From: an uncultured Acidobacteriota bacterium
GTDB taxonomy: Bacteria > Acidobacteriota > Vicinamibacteria > Vicinamibacterales > CAVVIG01
Reading direction: 5' to 3'
Assembly: GCA_963807925.1 (NCBI GenBank)
Contig: CAWEDP010000002.1
Location: 1,404,950 to 1,468,949, forward strand
Length of the DNA stretch: 64,000 bases
Under the pieces are notes generated by a model. The model was given only the letters and a program-made list of their open reading frames with translations. It was not told the origin of the DNA and made no database searches. Positions 28,066-37,680 of this stretch are shown piece by piece (the first letter of the stretch is position 1; each line of letters starts with the position of its first letter). A program made the position numbers and the translations under genes.

Positions 28066-28126
28066 CGCGGCCGCCTCACGGCACCGCGCGCTCCGGGGCT
28101 CGGCAGGGACCCGAACACGCTCGCGG

Positions 28127-28206
28127 GCCGGAAATCCGGCGACAAGACGACGCGACGGCCGCCGCGGTGCTTTTGCGGCGCTGCCCGCCGTGGCACCTCA
28201 CTTGCG
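28127..28206 (+). promoter_or_regulatory. Palindromic enhancer plus sigma-54 promoter for BON-csp-cytochrome operon
   Basis: GCCGGAAATCCGGC (28127-28140), then 51 nt, then GG of TGGCACCTCACTTGCG; related TGGCGGAATTCCGTCA at 28232-28247. Confidence 0.75.
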
Positions 28207-28271
28207 CCACTTCCATCAGGAGCGTGCGAGGTGGCGGAATTCCGTCACCGCACGCGGACGCGGGTGGCGCC

Positions 28272-28925
28272 ATGAAAATCGACCGAGAGATTCAACAGCA
28301 TGTGATCGGCGCTCTCGGGCGCGACCCCGGGCTCGACGCCGCGAGGATTGGCGTGTCGGTGACCGACTGCGTCGTCACGCTGCAGGGCACCGTCACCACG
28401 CTGCGACAGAAGTGGCTCGCCGAGCGCGCCGCCCGGCGCATCGCGCTCGTTCGGGCCGTCGCAAACGACGTCGAAGTCGAACCGGACGAGCACCGGAGCC
28501 GCTCCGACACGGCAATCGCCGGGGCGGCGGCGACGGCACTCGAGTGGGACAGCGCCGTCCCGGACGACAACGTGAAGGCCACGGTGCGGCACGGCTGGGT
28601 GACGCTGACCGGCAACGTCACGTGGCCGTACCAGAAGACGGCAGCCGAGCACGCGGTCGATCGTCTCAACGGCGTGAAAGGCGTGGCCAACTCCATCGTG
28701 GTGGCGCCGAGCGCGAACACGGCCGACGTGAAGGCCGAAATCGAGGCGGCCTTCAGGCGCAGCGCCGAACTCGACGCGCGGCAAATCGCCGTGGACGCGC
28801 ACGGCGGGACCGTCATTCTGACCGGCACGGTGCGATCGCTGCACGAACGGGACGAAGCCGAGCAGGCGGCACGAACGGCTCCGGGCGTCACCAGGGTCGA
28901 CGACCGCCTCGAAGTCGCGCCCTGA
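28272..28925 (+). CDS. Triple BON domain protein (OsmY-like, no signal peptide)
   Basis: Three repeats of VTLxGxV…AE.AA…GV..V.N/D. Confidence 0.9.
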   Translation: MKIDREIQQHVIGALGRDPGLDAARIGVSVTDCVVTLQGTVTTLRQKWLAERAARRIALVRAVANDVEVEPDEHRSRSDTAIAGAAATALEWDSAVPDDNVKATVRHGWVTLTGNVTWPYQKTAAEHAVDRLNGVKGVANSIVVAPSANTADVKAEIEAAFRRSAELDARQIAVDAHGGTVILTGTVRSLHERDEAEQAARTAPGVTRVDDRLEVAP

Positions 28926-28965
28926 GGCGGCGGGAAGAGCTTCACGGAGATCCGGGGAGGAGGTC

Positions 28966-29166
28966 ATGACCGGTAAGGTCAAGAAGCTCACCAGGAATCG
29001 GGCGTTCGGCTTTATCCGGGGTGACAACGGTGTGGACTACTTCTTTCACCGTACGGATCTCGGCGGCACGGTGACGCTCGAACAGCTCGACGAAGGGCAG
29101 CGCGTCACCTTCGAGGTCACCGAGCGCGGCAGGGGTCCGCGTGCGACGCACATCAGCACGAGCTGA
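28966..29166 (+). CDS. Cold shock domain protein
   Basis: GKVK…FGFI…DYFFHRT…GQRVTFEV…GPRA; GGAGGAGG RBS. Confidence 0.92.
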   Translation: MTGKVKKLTRNRAFGFIRGDNGVDYFFHRTDLGGTVTLEQLDEGQRVTFEVTERGRGPRATHISTS

Positions 29167-29226
29167 CCCTCCGCCGCGTCCCGATCCGGGCCGGGACAAC
29201 CGACCCGACACATCTGGAGCAGGGGT

Positions 29227-29634
29227 ATGCGCACATTCTCGAAACTCACGACCGTTCTGGCCCTGGCGGGGGCGCTGAGCGTCACGGCGAGCGCGGATCA
29301 GACGCTTTCGCTGCGGCGCGTCATGCGCGAAAAGCTGGAGCACTCGCAGCTCATGCTCGAGGCCGTCGTCACCAGCGACTGGGCGGCGCTCGAGCAGCAC
29401 ACGCGCGCGCTGCGCGCGCTGACCGACGACCCCGGATGGGCCGTCCTGAAGACGCCCGAGTACGCGCGGCACACGATGGCGTTCGTCACGGCGACCGAGG
29501 ATCTGCTCGACGCGGCGCGGGCCCACGAGCTCGATGCGACACCGCTCGCCTACGTGTCACTGACGCTGTCGTGCGTCCAGTGCCATCGGTACGTCGCACG
29601 GGCGCGCATCGCGCAGGCGCAGCCGGACCGGTAA
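29227..29634 (+). CDS. Cytochrome c'-like four-helix-bundle protein
   Basis: Signal peptide, MREKL near N-terminus, single C-terminal CxxCH (CVQCH). Confidence 0.8.
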   Translation: MRTFSKLTTVLALAGALSVTASADQTLSLRRVMREKLEHSQLMLEAVVTSDWAALEQHTRALRALTDDPGWAVLKTPEYARHTMAFVTATEDLLDAARAHELDATPLAYVSLTLSCVQCHRYVARARIAQAQPDR

Positions 29635-29646
29635 CGCGCCGCGCGC

Positions 29647-30183
29647 TCACTTCACCGTGAACGGCACCGTCGCGATATGGTGCTCCCACTCGAGACGGAG
29701 CTCGCCTTTGCCGCCGCCCCGGTCGGAGAGGGTGTACTTGAGGGCCTCGACGAGGGAGGGCGGTTTCGCCATCGTCATCCTGACGCGGCCGAGATCCAGC
29801 CGCGCGTTGTAGCTCAGCCCCCACTGGCCCGTTTCCCTGTTGACGATCAGTTCCCATGCGTTGGGATCCTTCACCCACACGTACAGGGTGTAGGCGCCCC
29901 GGGGCACCGCCAGGCCCGCAACGTCGAGATCGGCGTCGGTGCGGAAGGTCGTCGCCGCGTTGGCGCCGGCGCGCCACGCCGGATACGTCGGATCGCGCGA
30001 CAGGAGCCCGCCGTCTCCGAAGATCCGGCGCCCGCGGACCGACGGCGCGGAGTACCGGATCGATATCGTCTTCCCGCCGATGGTCACCGATGCCGATGCG
30101 GGAGGGCTCGCCTGCGCCCCCAGCATCCCGTTCATGGCGAGCGCGAGCGCGCCGGTCGCCGCCACAAGTTTCAACGACGTCAT
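29647..30183 (-). CDS. DUF2911 domain secreted protein
   Basis: ASPPA, YSAPSVRGRRIFG, WRAGANAAT, GQWG, LEWE. Confidence 0.88.
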   Translation of the reverse strand: MTSLKLVAATGALALAMNGMLGAQASPPASASVTIGGKTISIRYSAPSVRGRRIFGDGGLLSRDPTYPAWRAGANAATTFRTDADLDVAGLAVPRGAYTLYVWVKDPNAWELIVNRETGQWGLSYNARLDLGRVRMTMAKPPSLVEALKYTLSDRGGGKGELRLEWEHHIATVPFTVK

Positions 30184-31202
30184 CGTCCTCCGTTTCCCTC
30201 CTCGGCGCGCGCGGCGCTGAGAATCGATCGAAGACCGTAGTTGCCTTCGTGGCAGGCGTATTCGAAAACCGGCTGCGACGGGTCCTTCGTGAGGTTCATC
30301 GCAAAGGTCCACGGCCGGGTCCAGGTGCGGGGATCGTCGAGCGTCACCGACCATTCGACCGTCTTCGGCCCCGTCGGCTTGAAGCGTTCGGTGAGCTTCA
30401 GGTTCCTCGACGCCCCGCGGTAGGCCGCCGCTTCCACCAGGTTCGTCGTTTCCACGACGAGTGTGTCGCCCTCGAAGTGACCGCGCGCGTCTCCCATGTA
30501 CATCTCGAGGCGGCTGCCGACGTGCGGGCGGCCGTCGAGTGGAATGACGCGTGTCTCGTGAACCATCTCGTAACGGATGGCCACGTAGCCGGGCCCCTGC
30601 ACGATCTGGTACGAGTTCCCGTAGATGGCCGGCATCATCGATCCCGGGATGCCGCGGGTGATGCAGCGGTCGTACAGCGTCAGATCCTCCGGGCCGTCGA
30701 ACGGTCCAACGTCGAACCCGTTGCCGCCGCGGCGTCTGGCCGCCGTCGCGAGCGCGCGCTGGCGCGCCTCGTCGGTCTGCGGAGGCACTTTCCCGTCCTG
30801 CGGATCGGTGACCAGCCAGGCGCGGCTGTTCTTCGAGTTGTAGTCCTCGAACCAGTGAATCGGGCCGGCGCCCGTTTCGCGGCCGCCGAGCCCCGGCGCG
30901 ACGTCGCGCTTGCGCTGGTTCCGCGCCTGGATGGCCGCGTCGAGCTCGGCCGGCGTCACGTCCTCGAGCCGCTTGCCGGCGAACTCGGCCGGACGCTCGA
31001 ACGGAATCCCGCTTTCGTCCGTGTTGTTGTACGAGCCCTGCAAATCGGGATCGCCCCACGGCGTGCGCGCCACGGTTCCCTTCTTCGTGGACGCGGCCGC
31101 CGTGGAACTCCGGGCCACGCCGCTCTGCGCGGCCATCGGACCGCCAGCGAGAAACGCCAGCGCGAGAGCCATCGCCGACGACCGCGTGCGGCGAGCGTCC
31201 AT
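30180..31202 (-). CDS. Secreted protein of unknown function, WGDPDLxG…EYACHEGN family (paralog 1)
   Basis: Signal peptide; RTPWGDPDLQG, DRCITRG, YEMVHETRVIP, TLVVETTN, EYACHEGNY; GGAGG RBS. Confidence 0.85.
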   Translation of the reverse strand: MDARRTRSSAMALALAFLAGGPMAAQSGVARSSTAAASTKKGTVARTPWGDPDLQGSYNNTDESGIPFERPAEFAGKRLEDVTPAELDAAIQARNQRKRDVAPGLGGRETGAGPIHWFEDYNSKNSRAWLVTDPQDGKVPPQTDEARQRALATAARRRGGNGFDVGPFDGPEDLTLYDRCITRGIPGSMMPAIYGNSYQIVQGPGYVAIRYEMVHETRVIPLDGRPHVGSRLEMYMGDARGHFEGDTLVVETTNLVEAAAYRGASRNLKLTERFKPTGPKTVEWSVTLDDPRTWTRPWTFAMNLTKDPSQPVFEYACHEGNYGLRSILSAARAEEGNGGR

Positions 31203-31216
31203 CTTGGTGCCTCCAA

Positions 31217-32374
31217 TCACGCCGTGTACTTCTTGAGCCAGGCAATCGTGAGCGGCCACGCCTCCTCGGTCGCCTTCATGTTGGCGCCGTCGTTGCCGGT
31301 CTGGGCGCGGAGGAACCCGTGCGCCGCGCCTTCGAAGACATGCGGCTCGTACACCTTCCCGAGCTCCTTCATCTTCATCTCGGTCGCCGGAATGCTGGCG
31401 TCCACCCGCGCATCGGCGCCGCCGTACAGTCCCAGGATCGGCGCCTTGACGTTGGCGAGGCGGTCCGATGGCATGAACGGTGCGCCCCGACCGGCGCCGC
31501 GACCCGCCCCGCGGCCGCCCCCACCGGCCGCACCGGCCGCCGGCGCCCCGCCCGCCGGTGGTGCGCCCCGCGGCGCGGGCGCCACGTCGGTCGGCGCGGT
31601 GCCGTAGTACACGACGGCGGCGTTCAGGGCCGGGTCGCTCACCGCGAACAGGAAGCTCTGGTTCCCGCCGAAGCAGAAGCCGACGCTGCCGCTCCTGCCG
31701 TTCGCGTTCGGCATCTTCAACCCGTACTCGCGCGCCGCCTTGAGCCTCGACACGATCTCCGGTGCCTGGAGGCCGAGGGTCGCCTGCGTGATCTCCTGCT
31801 GACTGGTCAGCGACGACGAGTCGCCGCCGTCCTTGCCGTGGCCGGCGAGCAGATCCGGCGCAATGGCGATGAACCCTTCGGCCGCCAGCTGATCGGCGAC
31901 ACCGCGAATCCAGTCGCTCAGGCCGAAAATCTCCTGGATCACCACGACCACCGGCGCCTTGTCGCGACGGTCCGGCTGGACGACCCACGCCCGCATCGGC
32001 ATGCCGCCCACGTCGATCGTCACGTACTCCGATTTGCGCGTCGACGAGGCGAGGCGCGCCTGCACGCCCATGTCGTCGGCCGGCAGGTTCCGGTTGGCCG
32101 CCGCCGCCGACGCCGCCTGCGCGCGCGCCGCCGCCCAGGCCATCTCGTCCATCGCGTGCCCCGCATGGACGTTGCCTTCCGCGGCCATGTGCGCGATGTG
32201 CTCGGTCGCCGTCATCGCATGGCCGGCGTGCTCGCTCACCGCCGGCGCCGCGGCGACTGCGGGAGCCACCTGATTCATCACGGTGCGCGCGCCGCGGTCC
32301 GATCCGATGGCCGCCAACGCGAGCGCTGCCGTCACTGCTGCCGCCACCGTCCAGGACGTCAAACGTCTGCTCAT
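31217..32374 (-). CDS. Dienelactone hydrolase family protein, secreted
   Basis: IQEIFGL, APDLL, GFCFGG (Cys), DARV, AAHGF (His); GGAGGAG RBS. Confidence 0.9.
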   Translation of the reverse strand: MSRRLTSWTVAAAVTAALALAAIGSDRGARTVMNQVAPAVAAAPAVSEHAGHAMTATEHIAHMAAEGNVHAGHAMDEMAWAAARAQAASAAAANRNLPADDMGVQARLASSTRKSEYVTIDVGGMPMRAWVVQPDRRDKAPVVVVIQEIFGLSDWIRGVADQLAAEGFIAIAPDLLAGHGKDGGDSSSLTSQQEITQATLGLQAPEIVSRLKAAREYGLKMPNANGRSGSVGFCFGGNQSFLFAVSDPALNAAVVYYGTAPTDVAPAPRGAPPAGGAPAAGAAGGGGRGAGRGAGRGAPFMPSDRLANVKAPILGLYGGADARVDASIPATEMKMKELGKVYEPHVFEGAAHGFLRAQTGNDGANMKATEEAWPLTIAWLKKYTA

Positions 32375-32904
32375 GTCTCCTCCAGCACGGGTAAAACTGA
32401 ACACGCAACACCAGAGTCTAGGCGAACCGCCGCCAGTTGGACGCTACCGGTCCCGAGCGCGGTCCTGCGCATAGTGCTCGACGCCCCCCGCGCCCGGCGT
32501 TCGAAATACGCTTCGAGCGGCGGCAGGGCGGCCAGCACGACCAGGGTCACCGCCGTCGTCGCCGCCGCGAGCACGAACTGGCCGGCCCCCACCGCCATGC
32601 CGATCGCCGCATTCACCCAGATCGTCGCCGCCGTGGTCAGGCCGTGAACCGACGCGCGCCCCCGCAGGATGGCGCCGGCGCCCAGGAAGCCGATGCCGGT
32701 CACGATCTGCGCGCTGATCCGGTCGGGCGACCCGCCGTCCCCGCTCGTGAGGATCGAGAGGGTCGTAAAGAGCATCGAACCGACGGCGATCAGGATGTTG
32801 GTACGGAGCCCGGCCGGCTTCTGGTGAAATTCACGCTCGGCGCCGATCGCCGCGCCGAACGCCGCAGCCAGGAACAGTCGCTTGAACAGCTCAACCAGCG
32901 GCAT
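32371..32904 (-). CDS. MgtC/SapB family membrane protein
   Basis: IGAERE…PAGLRT, PDRISAQIVTGIGFLGAGAI, GLTTAATIW; C-terminal tail may be shifted at the G6 run near 32485. Confidence 0.9.
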   Translation of the reverse strand: MPLVELFKRLFLAAAFGAAIGAEREFHQKPAGLRTNILIAVGSMLFTTLSILTSGDGGSPDRISAQIVTGIGFLGAGAILRGRASVHGLTTAATIWVNAAIGMAVGAGQFVLAAATTAVTLVVLAALPPLEAYFERRARGASSTMRRTALGTGSVQLAAVRLDSGVACSVLPVLEET

Positions 32905-32918
32905 TGGCCGCTCATCGC

Positions 32919-33936
32919 CTAGCGGGCCGCTTCAGCGTCCCGGGACGCCCGCAGGATGTTCGGCATCCCGTAGTTCCCTTCGTGGCAGGCGTACTCGGTA
33001 CGGCATCTGCGTCCCGTCCTTCGTCAGCGTCATCGCAAACGTCCACGGCCGCGTCCACGTTTTCGGATCGTCGATGGTCACCGCCCACTCCATCTTGTCG
33101 GGCCCCTTGAGCGTGAATCGCTCGATCAGCTTGAAGGTGTCGCTGCTGGCGTTGCGGTACGTGGTCCGCGGATTGAAGTTCGTGGTTTCGACCACCAGCG
33201 TGTTGCCGTCCCAGTGACCGCGGGCGTCACCCAGGTAGGGTCGCAGGTTCGACGAGAGATGGGGACGGGCGTCGGTGGGAACGACCCGTGTCTCGTGAAT
33301 CATCTCGTACCGAATGCCGACGTAGCCGGGCCCCTGCACGATCTGGTACGAGTTGCCGTAGATGGCCGGCATCATCGATCCGGGAATCCCGCGCGTGATG
33401 CAGCGCTCGTAGAGGCTGAAGTCCGCCGGCGAGTTCCACGGGCCGGCGCCGAAGCTGCTCTTCTGCGGCGGCAGCGCTCGAATGCGGGACTGCGCCTCGG
33501 GCAGCATCGCCGGAATCTTGCCATCGGCCGGATCGATGACCATCCAGGGCCGGCTGTTCTTCGCGTCGAAGTTCTCGTACCAGTGCGTCGGGCCGGCGCC
33601 GGTTTCCATGATGCCGAGGTCCGCCGCGTTCTCGACCGTCGCCTCGTTCCGTTGCTGGATGAGCGCCGTCAGCTCGGTGTCGGTGATGTCCTCGATGCGG
33701 CGGCCGGCGAACTCGTTCGGGCGCTCGAACGGGATGCCGCTCTCGTCCTTGTTGGTGTAGATCCCCTGCAGATCCGGATCGCCCCATGCCGTCCTGGGCG
33801 GCACGTACGGCTTTGCCGACGCCGCGGGCTTCTTCGCCGCGACCGACTGCGCCCGGACCGCGGGCGGAACACCGGCCATCAGCCCCGCCAGCACCAGACC
33901 CGTCACGATTCGATCGCGAACAGCATGCATCATCAT
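32919..33936 (-). CDS. Secreted protein, WGDPDLxG…EYACHEGN family (paralog 2; +1 frameshift near 32997)
   Basis: RTAWGDPDLQG, ERCITRG, YEMIHETR; EYACHEGNYGMPNIL lies in the next frame and ends at TAG 32919. Confidence 0.85.
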
Positions 33937-34024
33937 GGTCGTATACCCCCCGGGACCGGGTGTGCGCGGCCGGCCTGGACTCGTTCTCCCCAGGTGATTC
34001 TAATCCGATTCGGACGCGGCATCG

Positions 34025-34435
34025 CTACCGCGCCGAGGGCCGCAGCTCGGGCAGCTCGTACGCCGAGACCCGGTTCGGGCCGAGGCGCGGCACCAGCATC
34101 AGCCCGCGACCGGCGATGAAGCAGATGTCCGCCGTCTGCGGATCCTGCTGAGCGCAGGACGCGAACTCGCCGCCCGGCGTCACCTGGCAGGATGCGGCCC
34201 GACCCGACGTCGCTGACGAGGAAGCCCCCGCGCGCCGGACACTGATCTTCACCGTCACGTGGCCCGCGGCAATGTCGAAGGCGACGACCTCATCGATGTC
34301 GGCCGCGTACAGCGTGCCCTGGTAGCTCCGCAGCCATTTCGGCGCGTTCAGCCCCCTCGCCCAGTCGGCGGCCACCACCCGTCCCTAGCGCGACAGCACA
34401 CAGAGCGCGAGCCACCCCCACGTCGCGCCACGCAT
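34025..34435 (-). pseudogene. Remnant of an SMP-30/gluconolactonase-like beta-propeller gene
   Basis: W.RGLNAPK…TLYAADIDEVVAFDI and TADI.F…LVP…NRVSAYEL pieces; in-frame TAG near 34386; too short for a full propeller. Confidence 0.5.
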
Positions 34436-36254
34436 CAGTTCGCGTCCCTCGCCCGCGCGTCGGCGGCGCGCGACGCGCTGAGCGCGTTGCGCAGGCCGTA
34501 GTTGCCTTCGTGGCAGGCGTATTCGTACATGCCGTATCCGGCATGCGCGTCAGCGGGAACGCCACCGTCCAGGGCGCGCTCCACGTCCGGGGATCCGACA
34601 CGGTCGCAACGTAACGAATCGTGTCCGGTCCGACCCGCGTGAACCGTTCGAGGAGGCGCATCGACCGGCTGTTCGGGGTCCCGCCGCCGCTCAAGCCGAC
34701 GCCAATCCGGTCGGTGAAGTTCGTGGTCTCGACCACCAGCGTATTCCCGTCCCAGTGGCCGCGGGCATCGCCCATGTACTGCGGAATGGCTGCCGACAGG
34801 TGCGGCCGGCCGTCGAGCGGGATCACGCGCTGATCGTGGATCATCTCGTACCGGATCACGATGTGGTCCGGCCCCTGCGTGATGTCGATGCCACTGTTGT
34901 AGAGGACCGGCAGTGTCGAGCCGAGAGCGCCACGCGAGATGCAGCGCTCCCACATCGTGAAATCGAGCGGGCTGTCGAGCGGCGCGGTGCCCATCGTCCC
35001 GCGCGGCGCGGCGAAGGCGCGGGCCTGGCCCTCGGCGGTGAGGGGCGGCAGGCGTCCGTCGGGCGGATCCACGAGCAGCGACGTCTGGCGCTGCGTCTTC
35101 CCCCACTCCACCCAATCTCCAGGCGCTCCGGTGGCGCCGCCGGCGCCCTCCCTGGCCATCTGGGCGATGCGTTCCTGTTCCTGCTTTTCGACGACCGCGT
35201 GCTCCGCCTCGGTCATGAACAGCCGGCTGCCGTACTGCGCGGCCCGTTGCACCGGCACGCGCACCATGTCGATGCTCGGCCAGATCCCGTTCAGGTCCGG
35301 ATCGCCCCACGGCGTCCGGGGCACTTTGTAGCCCGGGACGGCGGGCGCCACCTGCTCGGCGGCGCGCTCGGCGGCCACCGCGTCCCAGATGGACAGCGAT
35401 CCCGACGGCATCGCCCGCATGAAGGCTTCGACCGCGTGGACCTGTCCGCCGTAGACCTTGAACGCCTCCCACACGCTCAGATCGCGGTCGCTGCCGCGAA
35501 CGGACCCGGGGCCGAGGTTCTGCAGCAGCCAGACGATTCCGATCTCTTCGTCGACGGCGCCGACCCGGTAGGTGATGCCGGACAGCGTCGGAATCGGCTG
35601 CGTCTCGATCTGGTCGCAGCCCGCGATTGCCGTGCACCCGGGACCGGCCGTCAACCGCCCGTTCCTGAACCGGTACGCGTCCGGGGCGAACGGCACGTCG
35701 GAGGCGACAAAGCTGCCGATCTTCAGTCCCGCCGGATACCGCGTGGCGATCGCGATCATCTCCTCGCGCGAATTGAGCGATTCGCGCACGGGCGCGATGG
35801 TCATCGCCGTGCTCGGCGCCTGCAGTTTGTCCACGTCGAAGACGACCCCGTCCTGCTGATTGCGGACCACCATCGTCTCGATCTCGGAGATCTTGCGATC
35901 GGCGAGCCTGAGACGGAGCCCCAGCATGACGGGCGCGCCGTTCTCCTCGACGATGACGTGGGCCGCCGCCACGGCCTCCTGGACGTCGAGGATGTCGAGG
36001 CGGTACGGCCGCAGCCGCGACGCGTGCTGCCACAGCCCCTCCCCGAGCTTCAGCTCGTCGCCGTTCTCGGTGAAGCGCGCACCGGGTGCGAGGGGCAGCG
36101 TCCGCGGGTTGTGCGCGACGAGCGCGTTCAGGTACTCCGTGATGGCGCCGCGAAGGCACTCGCGATCGCAGTCTGGGGCTGATGCATCCGCCGCCGCAGC
36201 CGGGCGCGTCAGGAGCAGGAACGCCGCCGCCAGAGCCGAACAGCGCGTGCGCAT
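34435..36254 (-). CDS. Secreted two-domain protein: CDRECL…-type N-terminal domain fused to WGDPDLxG family domain (paralog 3; -1 frameshift near 34540)
   Basis: Signal peptide; CDRECL, RFTENG, EAFKVYGGQVHAVEA; then PRTPWGDPDLNG, ERCISRG, YEMIHD; EYACHEGNYG in shifted frame; span is 3n+2. Confidence 0.82.
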
Positions 36255-36321
36255 GCGAGGGAGAATACACGATACGACGGCGCAGGGACGAGAATGGATG
36301 CGGTATCATGACGGCGTTTTC

Positions 36322-37095
36322 ATGCGCCGCTCGGCCGCTGCCGCCCTGCTCCGCCTCCACCGCCGGCGCGCCCGCGAGCACTTCTCGAAACCGGGACCGC
36401 GCGGGCTGCTCGTCGCCTTCGAGGGGCCCGACGGATCGGGCAAGACCACCCAGCGCAAGCTGTTCAAGGCCTGGCTCCAGGCGCGTGGCTGCGACGTCGT
36501 CACGACGAAGTGGAATTCGTCGCCGCTCGTCAAGCCGCTCATCAAGAGCCGCAAAGCGCTTCGCGTCCTGAGCGCCGAGGAGTTTTCGCTGCTTCACGCC
36601 GCCGACTTCCGGCACCGCGTCGAGCGCGACATCATGCCGGCGCTCTGGAACGGCAAGATCGTCATCGCGGACCGATTTCTCTTCACCGGCCTGGCGCGCG
36701 ACGTGGCGCGGGGGCTCGATCTCGACTGGGTCCTGAAGCTGTATCAACCGCTGCTCTGGCCCGACCTCGTCTTCTATTTCTCGGTCTCGGCGGCCACCTC
36801 TGGGCTGCGGGTGACGACGACGCGCACGCCGAATTTCTATGAGGCGGGCCAGGACGTCACGCAGGTGGACGATCCGGTGGAGAGCTATCAGCGGTTCATC
36901 ACGCGGGTCATCGCCGATAACAAGGCGCTCGCGCTCATCTTCAACTTCGTGACGATCGACGCCGAGCGGTCGATCAGCGACCAGCACCGCCATATCCGCC
37001 AGCTGTACTCTGAAGGCGAACAGCGGCCGTGGTCGGACTGGAACGTCGATGCCGTCGCGGAATGGCTGGCGCTCGGCGGGGACGGGAGACGGTGA
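36322..37095 (+). CDS. Thymidylate kinase-like P-loop protein
   Basis: LLVAFEGPDGSGKTTQ, TTKWNSS, LLHAADF, IADRFLFT, FYEAGQD; start 36298 or 36322. Confidence 0.85.
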   Translation: MRRSAAAALLRLHRRRAREHFSKPGPRGLLVAFEGPDGSGKTTQRKLFKAWLQARGCDVVTTKWNSSPLVKPLIKSRKALRVLSAEEFSLLHAADFRHRVERDIMPALWNGKIVIADRFLFTGLARDVARGLDLDWVLKLYQPLLWPDLVFYFSVSAATSGLRVTTTRTPNFYEAGQDVTQVDDPVESYQRFITRVIADNKALALIFNFVTIDAERSISDQHRHIRQLYSEGEQRPWSDWNVDAVAEWLALGGDGRR

Positions 37096-37665
37096 CGCAA
37101 CCGGCCGGGACGCTGATCGCGGTCGACGGCCTGGGCGAGAGGGCGGTGCTGGCGGCCGCGCGGCAAGCGCTCTCGAGGGTCGGCCCGCCGCACCGTGGCG
37201 GCATCAGCCGATTCGACGCGTCAGGCCTGTTCGAGCAGCTCGTCGTCGCCCCGGACGAGTCGACTGCGTCGGCCCGCACCCTGTTGCTGCTCTATGCCGC
37301 CGACCTGGCGTTCAGGCTCCGGTGGGAGATCGAGCCGATGCTCGCCGAAGACAAGACGGTCGTCGCCGCGCCGTACGTCGGCACGGCGATTGCGGTCGGA
37401 CGCGCGGCTGGACTGCGCAGCGGCTGGCTGAAGGCGCTGTTCCAGTTCGCTCCGGCGAGCGCAACCCAGCTGGTGAGTCGATTCGCGTCCGCGGCCGCCG
37501 GACCTCGAGGGATTCGTGGCCTTCTGCTGCGCGCGGCTGGCGGGCCGGCAGCTCGGTCTCACCGAACGGGAGCTCTGGACCCGCACGCGGGCGCACCTGC
37601 CGAAGGTCCCGGCCCGACCGAGGCCCTTCGCGGGTCACGGGTCGACCGACCGGCGTGCGTCCTGA
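37092..37665 (+). CDS. Degenerate second Tmk-like protein (probable +1 frameshift near 37475)
   Basis: GTGA overlap; LIAVDG without GKT; TLLLLYAADLAFRLRWEIEPMLAE..TVVAAPY parallels the upstream paralog. Confidence 0.65.
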
Positions 37666-37680
37666 CGCGCGGAGCCACCC

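Noticed and set aside
30180-32411. 743-aa ORF, and 29647..31245, suggesting fusions
   Set aside because: Upstream parts are off-frame readings of neighbouring genes; each real gene has its own RBS and signal peptide
34380-34390. Recoded TAG (pyrrolysine or readthrough) in the propeller-like ORF
   Set aside because: The surrounding gene looks internally deleted and no pyl genes are present; a pseudogene is simpler
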